A stretch of 64,000 nucleotides of DNA from an uncultured archaeon (GTDB lineage: Archaea > Thermoproteota > Bathyarchaeia > Bathyarchaeales > Bathycorpusculaceae): NCBI GenBank assembly GCA_963810275.1, contig CAWENF010000018.1, forward strand, positions 1 to 64,000. Reading direction: 5' to 3'. The position numbers and the translations under genes are program-made. Positions 11,134-22,206 of this stretch are shown in pieces; the stretch's first letter is position 1; the number at the start of each line of letters is the position of its first letter. A model generated the notes under the pieces. That model was not told where the DNA came from and ran no database searches. It was given only the letters and a program-made list of their open reading frames with translations.

Positions 11134-11835
11134 ATGAAGTTAGAAACAAGCATTCAAGCTGTAATCAAACGTAACCCAAACGTGATTAGCTTGCGTTTTC
11201 CACGCCCGACAGAGTTAGACTACAAGGCTGGGCAATTCTTTTTTGTAACTCTCAAAAAAGACGATAAAGAGCTCACTCACCACTTCAGTTTTAGTAGCAG
11301 CCCCACCACCGCAGGCCACATTGAGTTCACAAAGAAGCTTACGGATAGCGAATTTTCAACAGCACTTCGATCAACTAAAGCGGGGGATTGGGCGCGGATT
11401 GATGCACCTTACGGGAAATTCATTTTCGAGGGCGAATACCCCAAAATTGCGTTGCTGGGAGGCGGCATTGGTATCACGCCTTTTATCAGTATGTGCCAAT
11501 ATGCCACAGACAAAGGATTAGACAGTAAAATCATGCTGTTCTACGGGTGCCGCACCATTGAAGATGTGGTTTTCAAAGAGGAATTCGAAACGTTAGCGAA
11601 AAGGAACCCGAATTTTAAAATGATGTTTGTTCTTAGCCAGCCTTCCTCTAATTGGGCTGGTGCTAAAGGCTACATAACTGCGGACATGGTTAAGCAGACT
11701 TTGAGCGACTATGCGGACTATGTTTTCTTTTCGTGTGGTCCACCGGCGATGGTTAAAGGCATGCAGAATTTAGTTGGGGAGTTGGGGTTGCCAAAAGAGC
11801 AGCTTAAGATTGAGTATTTCTCAGGCTACAAGTAG
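11134..11835 (+). CDS. FAD/NAD(P)-binding oxidoreductase, ferredoxin-NADP+ reductase (FNR)-like fold
   Basis: AGQFF, HHFSFSSSP, APYGKF, GGGIGITPF, CGPPAMV, terminal EYF; AGGTGA SD before ATG 11134. Confidence 0.88.
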   Translation: MKLETSIQAVIKRNPNVISLRFPRPTELDYKAGQFFFVTLKKDDKELTHHFSFSSSPTTAGHIEFTKKLTDSEFSTALRSTKAGDWARIDAPYGKFIFEGEYPKIALLGGGIGITPFISMCQYATDKGLDSKIMLFYGCRTIEDVVFKEEFETLAKRNPNFKMMFVLSQPSSNWAGAKGYITADMVKQTLSDYADYVFFSCGPPAMVKGMQNLVGELGLPKEQLKIEYFSGYK

Positions 11836-12070
11836 CATGATTTGGTTAAATGATAATAGAGGTGTTTCGAAGGCTTTGTTCTTCTCTCCTCTATCCTCGC
11901 AATTTGGCTAACCTTCAACTAGCTACGTCAATATCTTTGCCTTGCTTGCCTCAAAGACCTTTAGCATAGTGACGTTTTGTGTTGCGTTGCTATGATTCTT
12001 TACGGGTTTTTTGGCCTGTACTGATGAACGCTCTAAAAAACAGATGAAAAGGAATAAAGAAAAACAGGGT

Positions 12071-13354
12071 TTATGGGTAGAATCGTCTTGTGTTTCTTGG
12101 AAATGGAATTGCATCAATGATGTTGTCTAAATCCAGCATCCAAACCAGCAGTCGCTCAACACCCATACCAAAACCAACGTGTGGAACAGTGCCGTAACGT
12201 CTGAGATCAAGGTACCACTCGTAATCCTCGGGCTTAAGCCCCTGCGCTTTCATGCGCTCGATTAAGGAGTCCTTGTTGTCTTCTCTTGCGCCGCCGGTGC
12301 TGATTTCGCCTATGCGGGGCACCATCATGTCCACTGACAGGGCAATTTCAGGGTGGTCTTTTTGTGTTTTGCAGTAAAATGCCTTAATCTCTGTTGGGTA
12401 ATCATAAACGAAGAAGGGCTTACCAAAGTCTTCCGCTAGCATTTTCTCGTCTTCGTAGCCCAAATCTGAGCCCCAGTCCAGTGTGGGGTTTTTGGGTTTT
12501 AGGCGTTCGATGGCTTCTTTGTAGGTTATTCGTGGGAACGGAGTCTTGACGGCTTTTAGTTTCTCGATATCTGCGCCGAGTTCTTTGAATTCTTTTTCGC
12601 AGCGTACGGCGACGGTTTGGCAGATGTACTCCATTAAGCCTTCTTCAAACTTCATGAGGTCGTTTAAGTCGGAAAATGCCCATTCACCTTCCATGTGCCA
12701 GTATTCGGTTAGGTGGCGGATCGTGCGGCTTTTCTCTGCGCGGAACGACGGAGCGATACAGTATACGTTTTCGAGTGAGTACATGAGGATTTCTAGGTAG
12801 AGTTGGCTGCTCTGCGTCAGGTAGAGTTTTTGGTCGAAATATTTTAGCTCGAAAAGTGTTGAGCCTCCTTCGACTGCTGCGGATATGAACATGGGCGGAG
12901 AGACTTCTGTGAATGTTTGCTTGTTAAAGTATTCTCGTGCGGCTTCAAGCGTTTCTGCTCGGACTTTCATGACTAGGTTCATTTTGCGGCTGCGCAGCCA
13001 CAGGTGGCGCATGTCGCGGATGAATTCTTCGCTTTTGTCTTTGCTGATTGGGAAGTTTTCGGCTAAGCCGACGATGGTGAGGTTTTCTGCGCCGACTTCA
13101 AACCCGCCAGGTGCTCGGGTGTCAGCGTGGACGGTGCCTTCAATACTTAGGGAGGATTCGATTGTTAGTTTTTGTGCTTCGCTCCAGCAGGGGTTGTCTT
13201 TTTTGATTGTGGATTGTATTACGCCTGTTGAGTCTCGGATTAGGATGAAGATTAGAGCTTTGCTTTCTCGTTTGCGATAGACCCAGCCGCGAACAGTGAC
13301 TTTTTGGTCATTGTATTTGCCTGATAGGACTTCGCTTATTTTGACGGTTGCCAA
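12071..13354 (-). CDS. asnS: Asparagine--tRNA ligase
   Basis: OB-fold VRGWV...IRDSTG, RHLWLR, VEGGSTLF, YLTQSSQLYLE, FRAEKSRTIRHLTEYW, WYLDLRRYGTVPHVGFGMGVERL. Confidence 0.93.
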   Translation of the reverse strand: MATVKISEVLSGKYNDQKVTVRGWVYRKRESKALIFILIRDSTGVIQSTIKKDNPCWSEAQKLTIESSLSIEGTVHADTRAPGGFEVGAENLTIVGLAENFPISKDKSEEFIRDMRHLWLRSRKMNLVMKVRAETLEAAREYFNKQTFTEVSPPMFISAAVEGGSTLFELKYFDQKLYLTQSSQLYLEILMYSLENVYCIAPSFRAEKSRTIRHLTEYWHMEGEWAFSDLNDLMKFEEGLMEYICQTVAVRCEKEFKELGADIEKLKAVKTPFPRITYKEAIERLKPKNPTLDWGSDLGYEDEKMLAEDFGKPFFVYDYPTEIKAFYCKTQKDHPEIALSVDMMVPRIGEISTGGAREDNKDSLIERMKAQGLKPEDYEWYLDLRRYGTVPHVGFGMGVERLLVWMLDLDNIIDAIPFPRNTRRFYP

Positions 13355-13838
13355 TGTGCATCAACTGTTTTTGGATATTACTCTTGTTCAAGCCTAAATG
13401 CCTATCCCTTTGTTTTCGGACTTATCCCTTTGTAATTTCCGTGCTGCATGAAGGGTAGCGTCTAGCGATAATAGCGGAGTGTAATTTCGTTAAACACTTC
13501 TTCCTCAAATTTCTGTCAGATAGCCTTACGATAGACAACATTTTAATGGCATTTGTTAAAACTTTTTTCTTTGTAATCTCATAACGAATTGATAATGCAA
13601 CTTGTAATTTGTTTGCAATCCAATCGCCGTAAGAAACTTTCCTATTATCAGAATTCATGGTCTTGATTTTTAGTAATCCACAGATTCTAAATTTTGAAGC
13701 ACGCTACACAGCGACAATAGACCATGCGAAGCAGCGTTTGCAATGCATTTTCTATGTTTTACAATCATGCGAACTATTATTTTCAAAAATTATTAAGAAT
13801 AACCAACCGCCATCTTAGCGGCTAAGGAAGAGAGAACC

Positions 13839-14063
13839 TTGAAAAAAATACTAGCATCCATAATAGCCGTCTGCATCGTCCTACCGCTATTTTTCTGCAT
13901 AGCATCAGGAGCGGCCGCAGCTACACAAACACAAGATAAGGTATTCCTTGGTTTAAGCGGATACCCAACCAGTACATCACAAATCGACGACATCATCGAT
14001 ACTATGAAAGCAAATGGATTCACGTGTTTATCATTTCAGCTGTATCTAAATCTGCTACTATAA
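13839..14063 (+). pseudogene. N-terminal fragment of a secreted protein (signal peptide plus ~45 aa)
   Basis: MKKILASIIAVCIVLP...AAAA signal peptide, then YPTSTSQIDDIIDTMKANG; ORF ends abruptly. Confidence 0.45.
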
Positions 14064-14092
14064 TGGGGGAAGTGAATTTGGAGTATGCCTTC

Positions 14093-14588
14093 TTAAGTGA
14101 AAGTTCCGGACCTCCGATCTAAAGCACCGACAATTATGCGATTAGGCGATAAGAAATCATCTAAGGGCTTTTTTCCCGTAGAAATTCCTGATTCATGCAA
14201 ACGCCAAAAATCATCGCCTGATTTAAGCCCAGAACCTTCTTCAAGCAAAGGAAGTAGCTTTGGTCTAGATGATGTGGAATTATGCTTCGAAAAATTATGA
14301 CTGAGTATTTGTCTGTTTTCGGGATAGCATCTGCGATATTTTTGTGCATTCAATATGGTGTTTAGCTCAATTCGGTCGCCTACAGTAGGCGTTGGTACAC
14401 AAACGAATACTACGTCTGAGTGGTTGATTACTTCGTCTATATCTTCAGTAGCATCATAGCCTTGATTTTTCAAGGTCAAAACTCGTTTGCCATCAATGTC
14501 GTGGAATTTTACGTGGTGTCTGTTATAACTTAAAACCAATTCCTGTTTCTTGACCTACTATGCCTGAACCAATTATTCCGATTTTCAA
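14093..14588 (-). pseudogene. UDP-glucose/GDP-mannose dehydrogenase family remnant (frameshifted, 3'-truncated)
   Basis: TTG 14588 MKIGIIGSGIVG (Rossmann), SDVVFVCVPTP, IIFRS, CMNQEFLRE, FLSPNRIIVG spread over different frames; C-terminal half absent. Confidence 0.8.
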
Positions 14589-15322
14589 AATTTGTTTCCT
14601 CCGTATAAATTTTCATTCGTGTTATATTCTAGAGATTGTTTGAAAATTCGTCCTAAAATTACAAAACCATCTTTGACTTTCAGTTTTTTGGTGCCCAAAC
14701 GTTCTCTGTAAGGAATATCGATCTCTTTTATCAGATAGTTCTGTTTTTCTATGTAGTGGTTGAGTTCGACTTCGATATCAAAACTTCGAGATTTAGGTTT
14801 CCAGTCTTTTAGTGCACTCCAACGTATGACTCTCAAGCCGGTCAATGGATCGTGTAAGTTTACCCCGTTAAGCATGTGATGAAGCGATGATAGAAATTTA
14901 TTGCCGATATAGAATTTGTATCCCCCGCTTATGCAAGGCAGAGTAGAATTAAATCGATTACCGCAAACCATTCCGATTTTTGGATCGTTTTCTAATAGCT
15001 TAATCATTTCAGGAATATATTGTGCTGGGTAAGTGTGATCGGCATCTGTAAGGATGACATACCGCATATTTAGGGAGTTTATGTAATTAATGGCACATTC
15101 AATTGCATTACCTTTACCTTTCCCTGTCTGGTTAATGACCTCTGCTCCTAATCCACGAGCAACTTCTGCAGTTCTGTCCTTACTGTTACCATCAACAACC
15201 AAGAAATGCGCATCCTGTGAACCATGCAAGTATTCTTTTATTTCACTGATGGTTACACCTATTCCTTCCTCTTCGTTTAATGCTGGTAGCAAAACCAAAC
15301 TTGGCGCTTCAATAATGGTCAT
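14585..15322 (-). CDS. Glycosyltransferase family 2 (Dol-P-mannose synthase-like)
   Basis: LPALNEE, VVDGNSKDRT, GKGNA, TDADHTY, DPLTGLR, FDIEVE, IPYRERLG. Confidence 0.9.
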   Translation of the reverse strand: MTIIEAPSLVLLPALNEEEGIGVTISEIKEYLHGSQDAHFLVVDGNSKDRTAEVARGLGAEVINQTGKGKGNAIECAINYINSLNMRYVILTDADHTYPAQYIPEMIKLLENDPKIGMVCGNRFNSTLPCISGGYKFYIGNKFLSSLHHMLNGVNLHDPLTGLRVIRWSALKDWKPKSRSFDIEVELNHYIEKQNYLIKEIDIPYRERLGTKKLKVKDGFVILGRIFKQSLEYNTNENLYGGNKF

Positions 15323-15738
15323 AAAAAACTCCTTTAACAATCCCGCTTTATTGACGACTATGTTTGCTCTGGTCTTAAAATCAGGTCATAACTAAGTCAA
15401 CTAACTTAGAACTATGATTGTCACATCTTAAACAGGCAAATAGGCGTATTTTTAAATTTGTTGTAAACGTTTGCCTACAACACTTTTAAAAAACTTCCCA
15501 AAGCCACCGTCATAAAATGGTAAAGCTGAAGTCGAAGCTTTCAACCAATTTCAACTCCAATATCAGGGCCCATAAGACAAAAATTCAATGATCTTTATAT
15601 GGCATCAATTTGTTGCAAAAAGTAGCATTTTAGCAACGATAAAGGAAAAATATTTTTTGATCTAAACTTGTATTTACGAAAGTTTTATCAGTACTTCGAA
15701 GGAATCAATGTACATTCAAGGGCAAGGCGGATGGCTAC

Positions 15739-16599
15739 ATGCAATACGAGTTAGTGGATAAACTCACTATTTTTGGATTTACCGTAAACCAAGCTAAGGT
15801 ATATTTAAGCATCCTACAGTCAACCGGGAGCCATGTAGGGAAAATCTCAAAAGACACACAGCTCCACCGCCAAGACATCTACAAGCTGATTCCTAAACTC
15901 GAAGATATGGGGCTGATTACTAAAACCATTGACAAACCCTTCACGATTGAAGCATTACCCGTCAAGAAAGCTCTGGAAAACCTCATCTCCAAAGAGAAAC
16001 AGCAAGCCAGCGAGCGAATTATGGCAATGGAGAAAAACCTAAACGAAATCATCCAATCAATTCATCAGCCTGAAGAAAGAGACAAAGCCGGCTTCACACT
16101 TCTTATAACAGAAGAAGCAATGCGGAACCGGAGCGCTCAAACTTTTAAGAAAAAATGTAAAAATTTTAACATCGTTATCCGTGCTGAAAGCCTGCATTCT
16201 CCTGCTGGCACTCATAACAGTGTTTTTTTCCAGCAAGTAGCGGATACAGGCGCAAAAATCCGCTTACTTTTAGTCGGCGATCAAATGCCTGAAGAGTTAA
16301 AGCAGGCAGTAGAGAAAATTTGTCCTAAAAATGGGTATTTTCGGGTGAAAGTCATCGAGAAATCCGCGTTTAAAGACTACCAAGTTGTGGACCACAAGGA
16401 AGTTTGGATTGGAACACAGCAGAAAACGCAAGAAGGGGCCCCTAACATTTTGTGGACCAATGACTCTAGCATCGTGGAAGCATATGCTGATAATTTCGAT
16501 GAACACTGGAACAGCCCAAAAGCTATACTAATACATATCAATAAAGACTTGACTCGCCAGCAAGTAAGAGACATATCACTCAGCTCCCTCTTGGCTTAG
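15739..16599 (+). CDS. TrmB-family transcriptional regulator
   Basis: FGFTVNQAKVYLSIL...ISKDTQLHRQDIYKLIPKLEDMGLI wHTH, followed by a PLD-like effector domain (VVDHKEVWI). Confidence 0.85.
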   Translation: MQYELVDKLTIFGFTVNQAKVYLSILQSTGSHVGKISKDTQLHRQDIYKLIPKLEDMGLITKTIDKPFTIEALPVKKALENLISKEKQQASERIMAMEKNLNEIIQSIHQPEERDKAGFTLLITEEAMRNRSAQTFKKKCKNFNIVIRAESLHSPAGTHNSVFFQQVADTGAKIRLLLVGDQMPEELKQAVEKICPKNGYFRVKVIEKSAFKDYQVVDHKEVWIGTQQKTQEGAPNILWTNDSSIVEAYADNFDEHWNSPKAILIHINKDLTRQQVRDISLSSLLA

Positions 16600-16601
16600 C
16601 A

Positions 16602-17753
16602 TTAGCTTTCCCTTACGTGGGGTTCATGGACTTTCAAGTAGACGAAAAGTGAGATAGGTATCATGCTTGCAGCTAGCAGCAGAAAAGGCAACTGCGGAGA
16701 TATGGTAACATACATGAATCCCACCATTACCAGTAGTAGCGCCTGAGCGATAAACATGAAGAATTGAAGGCAGCCAGTAGCAGTCCCTCGGAGGCAGCGG
16801 GGCACCAAGTCACCCATCAAAACTTGGTAACTGTTTAGTTGCAGCAGGTTTCCCAGTCCGAAGAAGAAAAAGCCAAGCATAAGCAGGTTAAAATCAGCAT
16901 AAACAAACATCAGCATTCCGGGGATGAAGAGGAGATAGCCAAGAATTAGGAAGCGTTTTCTGCCCAAAACATCCATACTAAAACCAGCGATTATGGCGGG
17001 CAAAGCGATGGTAAGATAGCGCACGGTCATGGCGATTGCCCACTGCCCAAGCGTCATATCAAGCACCATAGTGGCATAAATGACAAAGTACATTTGGCAA
17101 CTAACCACCAACCCATTCACCAAAATTATGGCTAAGAACAGATTGAAAGCGGATTTAGGCAATTGTCTCCACACGTTCAGACTTTCTTTTACGGCTTTGG
17201 GGTATTGACGCAGTATGTCAGAAAAGCGCACTTTGACTTTCTCAGCAGATGAAGGTAGCGTCTCTGTCAATTTCAGCCTCAGCAGCGCTATGGCGAAGTA
17301 GGCCACGGATACAATCGTGTATGCCACACGCATGCCCAAATCAAAGTCAAGTGTAATAACCAGAAACTGGGCGATTATCGGTGCAGGGAGCAGCACAAGC
17401 GTAGTAATGACCGATTGGAAACTAAAGGCAGCACCACGGTTACGGGCAGGTAAAGAGTCCATGACCATAGCCATCAAGGCGGGTCCATAAATTGCACAGA
17501 TGTTTTGAATTAGCATCCCGATTAAAATGAACTGCCATGAGGGAGCGAAAACAAAAAAGAGACTGCCAACAGTCATGCCAAACGTCATAGAGAACATTAA
17601 CCATCTTCTGCCGTGCTTGTCAGCGAGGTAGCCACCAGGGAACTGCACTAAAGCTACAGCAATGGAGCCCGCAAACCCCATTACGGAAATCAAGAACTCA
17701 TTCGCGCCCAAATGGAGGTACAAGAGGCTGGCGTAGGTTTCGGGAATGGGCAA
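16602..17753 (-). CDS. MFS transporter, possibly lacking its first TM helix
   Basis: Motif A GYLADKHGRR and MDVLGRKR; ~11 hydrophobic segments. Confidence 0.85.
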   Translation of the reverse strand: MPIPETYASLLYLHLGANEFLISVMGFAGSIAVALVQFPGGYLADKHGRRWLMFSMTFGMTVGSLFFVFAPSWQFILIGMLIQNICAIYGPALMAMVMDSLPARNRGAAFSFQSVITTLVLLPAPIIAQFLVITLDFDLGMRVAYTIVSVAYFAIALLRLKLTETLPSSAEKVKVRFSDILRQYPKAVKESLNVWRQLPKSAFNLFLAIILVNGLVVSCQMYFVIYATMVLDMTLGQWAIAMTVRYLTIALPAIIAGFSMDVLGRKRFLILGYLLFIPGMLMFVYADFNLLMLGFFFFGLGNLLQLNSYQVLMGDLVPRCLRGTATGCLQFFMFIAQALLLVMVGFMYVTISPQLPFLLLAASMIPISLFVYLKVHEPHVRES

Positions 17754-17818
17754 GGCGCTAGACTCAAAACGGTGCAGTTGCCCCGCAATTCTTAAATCGC
17801 CCTTACAATGAGCTAGAG

Positions 17819-19204
17819 TTGACTTTACAAATGCAAAGAAAAAACGAAGGGCAAGCTAAGCTTAGGGCACTTAAAATTTCAGGCGCCGCCATATTCAGCG
17901 TCGTCATAGTCGAAGTAACCGTAGGTTTACTAGTCAACAGCTTAGCCATAGTAAGCGACGGCTTACACGCCCTGCTCGACGCACTTGCAAGCGTTATGCT
18001 TTTTTTTGCAGTCCGAGCCTCGCTAAAGCCAGCCGATGAAGAGCACCGCTACGGGCACGAAAAATTCGAAGCTATCGGAGGCTTAATCGGCGGAATTGCA
18101 CTCATTGCAGTCGCAGGCATAATCTTCTATGAGGCCGCACTAAGATTCATTGAAGGCACACAACTCTCGGGTGGAGTCGAATACATTGGGTTCATAGCCA
18201 TAGCTTATGCATTGGGCATCGCCGCCTTGCGGGTCACTGTTTTTAGGGGCAGCCAGCATACTGAAAGCGCCTCAATGAAGGCGGGACTATACGACGCTGT
18301 CTCAGATTTAGCTTCAACAATTATCGCGCTGTTGGGTTTCGGTTTGGCTTTGGTAGGCATTGCTGGTGCGGATGCCTTTGCCTCAGTTTTCTTAGGCGTA
18401 ATGTTAACCTATCTTAGCATAAAGCTCGCGAAAAGTAGCGTAATGGAGTTAAGCGATACAGCCTCAAAAGACATAGTGGAGAAAACGCAAAAAGCAATAT
18501 TGTCCTGCCAAGGCGTGCTAAACACCACTAACCTAAAAGTCCGCAAAGTCAGCGCTAAAATCTTTGTCGACGCCTCAGTTCAGGTGCCAAATGGGATGAG
18601 TATAGAAGACGCCCACACCTTATCCTCCAAAGTCGAGGCATGCCTAAAAGAGGCGTTTGGCAACGTGGACGCAACTATCCACATTGAACCTGCAGATAAA
18701 GACTTTAAACTTAAAGATTTAATCCAAAAACTCGCCTCAGTCAATGGAGTCAAAGAAGTGCATGAAATATCGACCAACTATGTTAAAGATAAACTCTATA
18801 TCACGATGCACGCCTATGTTGACCCCGACTTGTCTGTGGAGCAATCTCACCACCTATCCGAAATCATAGAACGCAGGCTACAAGGCGAATTGCCTAAGCT
18901 TGCCAACGCCACCATACATTTGGAGCCTGCAGGGGAAGCAATACCGCCTAACCAAGTCGACGAGGTAAAAATGCGGAAAATCGTAGTACAAACAGCTAAA
19001 AAAGTAGCGTCTAATTTGGAGGTTAAACGCGTCGTAACCTACGTTGCGACAGGGAAACGTTACATAAACATTGACTGCTGTTTCACCAAAGATGTAGCTA
19101 TAAAAGACGCGCATCACCTTGCGTCACTTCTAGAGAAGGAAACCAAAGAAGGCTTCGCTAGCGCCGTGGTGACAGTTCATATCGAGCCTAAATGCGACGA
19201 GTAA
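17819..19204 (+). CDS. Cation diffusion facilitator (CDF) with three tandem C-terminal dimerisation domains
   Basis: SLAIVSDGLHALLD, KPADEEHRYGHEKFE, three repeats ending TIHIEP / TIHLEP / TVHIEP. Confidence 0.9.
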   Translation: MTLQMQRKNEGQAKLRALKISGAAIFSVVIVEVTVGLLVNSLAIVSDGLHALLDALASVMLFFAVRASLKPADEEHRYGHEKFEAIGGLIGGIALIAVAGIIFYEAALRFIEGTQLSGGVEYIGFIAIAYALGIAALRVTVFRGSQHTESASMKAGLYDAVSDLASTIIALLGFGLALVGIAGADAFASVFLGVMLTYLSIKLAKSSVMELSDTASKDIVEKTQKAILSCQGVLNTTNLKVRKVSAKIFVDASVQVPNGMSIEDAHTLSSKVEACLKEAFGNVDATIHIEPADKDFKLKDLIQKLASVNGVKEVHEISTNYVKDKLYITMHAYVDPDLSVEQSHHLSEIIERRLQGELPKLANATIHLEPAGEAIPPNQVDEVKMRKIVVQTAKKVASNLEVKRVVTYVATGKRYINIDCCFTKDVAIKDAHHLASLLEKETKEGFASAVVTVHIEPKCDE

Positions 19205-19479
19205 AAATTCTACTCAACTAGAAATTAGCGCCGAGGGCAACAACTTCAAAAACCATTATTTTAAGAACTGCATCGCTACCACAATAGAGGAAATTCTTAA
19301 GCTAGGCACTACTAAACGAGTTGAGTATTACGCCATTAAGATAGGCAGATACGAAAAGGTCTCTGTTGCAAAAAGCAAAGAGGTTTAGTAACTATGCTTA
19401 AACTGAAAATCTGCTCTACCGATATAGCGAATAAACGCGAAGTTAGAAAGATAAACCTTTAATTTCTAAGTCCATATAC

Positions 19480-21725
19480 ATGGGGCAGAGTGTGGAACCA
19501 CAAATGTTGTCACGTTCGGCGATAGTTAAACTTAAAGCAATTTTAATAATCGATTTAATCGTTGTAGCCGCGGCAGTCGGCGCTTACTTTTACTTACAAG
19601 ACCAAGGCGTCATCGCTGGTCCCTCAAAACCCGCCAACTTGGAGCTTTCGGACTTTCTAGTAACTCCTATGGAAGCCTATATTGGTGACACCATTCAAAT
19701 CTCAGCTAACTGCACCAACACTGGTGATGTGGATGGAAACGTTACATATAGCCTCCTGATTAATGGGGAGGTTAAAGAGGAGTTGAACGTAACTTTGTCA
19801 CCTCTGATGTCGCAGCTTTTGGAGTTTACTGATATTGAAAACAAGGCAGGCAACTACACCGTGCAGTTAGGCGACCAGTTGGGATACTTTATTATTAGTG
19901 AGCCTCCGCCGAACACAAGCAAAATCGTGCTCTCCAACTACAGATCATCTCCCTACGAGACGTGGCCTGACTTATCTACAAACGTAACTGTAGTTGCTAC
20001 CAATCCATCTGAAGAAGCTGACCGCATCTACATTCGCGTAGCAGTAGACGATGTCTTGTTTACTTCAAGGATGGTTGAGCTTGATGCTGGCGAAAGCCAA
20101 ACGTTAGTTTTCCCCGTAAACGCCACCGCTGAGGGCAAACACGTCGTCATGGTAAATACTCTAAGAGGCACGTTTACTGTGGTAAAGGAAGGCTTCCACA
20201 CCTTAACTATAAACCGTTCTGGAGGCGGCTCCAAAGCGTTGCCGCTCACGTTAAACGGTGAAGATCTAAGCACACCCTTTCAAGCGTTGATGCCTGTGGG
20301 CGAATACACAGTCAGTGTTCCCACTCCTTTTAACGTCGGTACAGGTGTTGTGGCGTTTGATTCATGGAGCGATGGCACAAAAAGCTCAACTAACCACTTC
20401 ACGCTATCAGATGACCGGCTAATTTTGGTTTGCAGCTACAACGTGATTAGCGGGTACGCTTCCTGCCCATCAATGTACATTTGGAACGGAACAGGCTACA
20501 GCTACGTCACAGACGTCTCTAACCCTGGCTGGCTCGGCTACTTAAGCCACATAAACGCAGACGGCACTATAGTGGCGGGTGGCGGAAGCCCATACGACTA
20601 TGTCAAAATTGACAGCAGCCAGTTTGCAGCCAAAGACGGCGCCTTTGACATTACTTTAGCGCAGCAGTGGGATGAACTGTTCTACCTTGATCAAGCATAC
20701 ATAATCGTGGTTGACCACCCAGCAGGCACCGACGTGCATACTACTTTGACCAACTATCTCAACCAAGGCGAGACAGGCAAAATCTACACTGTAACAGACG
20801 GCGCACTCTTAATACCAATAAACGCAATAACGAGAAGGGACAAAACGTGCTGGAACAGATCAAAACTAAAGACGGATGGTACACGCCTGGCATAAACGGC
20901 ATCGAAAGCACCCAGTGGGACGACATACAAACAAACGTGCTAACCCTTGATTTAGGTGACTTATCTACGGCTCCTAATGTGAAATTGGTCATCACTGCCA
21001 TGGTGGACTGGGGACTGGCAAGCACCTACTACGATTACCTTGACACATTCAAAACTGCAGCGGCAAACGGCGAAGTCCCCGACGGAACAGAGATTATGCC
21101 TGCCCCTTACATGGAGATACAGGCAGCTGACGGCAGCTGGATACTTGCACCACAGGATCGTCAAATACCCATCCCCAGCGATTACAACGCACGCACATTC
21201 GCAGTTGATTTAACAGGCTTGTTCCCCGAAAACGTATCTGACTACAAAGTGCGCTTCACCAACTTCTGGAATGTAACCTACGACTACATCGGCATTGACA
21301 CCACCGAAAACCAAGCCATAAGCACACAAATCCTAAAACCAACACAAGCAACACTTGGACAATGGTGGGGACGGCACAAACTCCACCTCTACAGGCGCCT
21401 TCACACGTTACGGCGACGTAACCGCCTAATGCAGGACACCGATGACATATTCGTAGTGGGTAGACAATGTGACGCAGTCCACATGCAGTTCTCCACAGAA
21501 AACCTAAACGATACCCGAAGATGGAATGGTCCGCGACTACATCTTTGCGTAGCATGCTGGTTTAAAGACCCACCCGGAGAGTGGGGCTATGGCTTCACAT
21601 GGACCGTTGACCCGATGCCATTCTTAGGAATGACAGGCTACCCCTACACAGACACTGAGCACTACCCAACCGACGAAGCACACCAACAGTACATAAGCAC
21701 ATACAACACAAGAATCATCACCTAA
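19480..21725 (+). CDS. Membrane-anchored surface protein with CARDB-like Ig domains and a C-terminal SCP-motif domain; several indels
   Basis: N-terminal TM, two CARDB-like beta repeats, ASCPSMYIWNG motif; ORFs 19480..20895 and 20847..21725 join near 20835; local compensating shifts near 21370-21425 and 21510-21545. Confidence 0.7.
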
Positions 21726-22206
21726 ACCACCTCTTTTCCTCCTTCTTTGTTATTTTGTTACAGTTTTAAATTCGTCTTTATCTCGAAGAGGCAACCCCAA
21801 TCTTGCAACTTTCTAAGAAAGAAATCTGCTTAAAGAACAGTCAAGACCTCCTAACCTCTCTGTCGCCCCACAAACTTGTCGCACTAAACCCCACAATGCT
21901 CCATGAAACCTACCTCACACTCGCCTAATACCTGCAATGGATGTCAGAAAAAGCAGCAAAACCAATAACGCAACTGCTAAAGCAACCCTTAATCAAGTTC
22001 TACAACCAACCCAAAACACAAAAACCAGCAACGCCTGACAGGTTGATAAAGGATAAAGGGGGTAGGTATCATCAACCAGTCTAAAAATTTTTTCACAGCC
22101 TAAATCATCAAAAAACAAAAAAACACAACCCGAGCCAGAAATAATGTAAACCTTAAATGCATAAAACGGTTATTTGCTATAAAACCTTAAACGGATAACA
22201 TCTATC

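Noticed and set aside
21780-22200. A/C-skewed intergenic stretch with GGGGGTAGG...AAAATTTTTT, suggestive of a mobile or viral remnant
   Set aside because: No terminal repeats, transposase or viral gene could be identified; compositional impression only.
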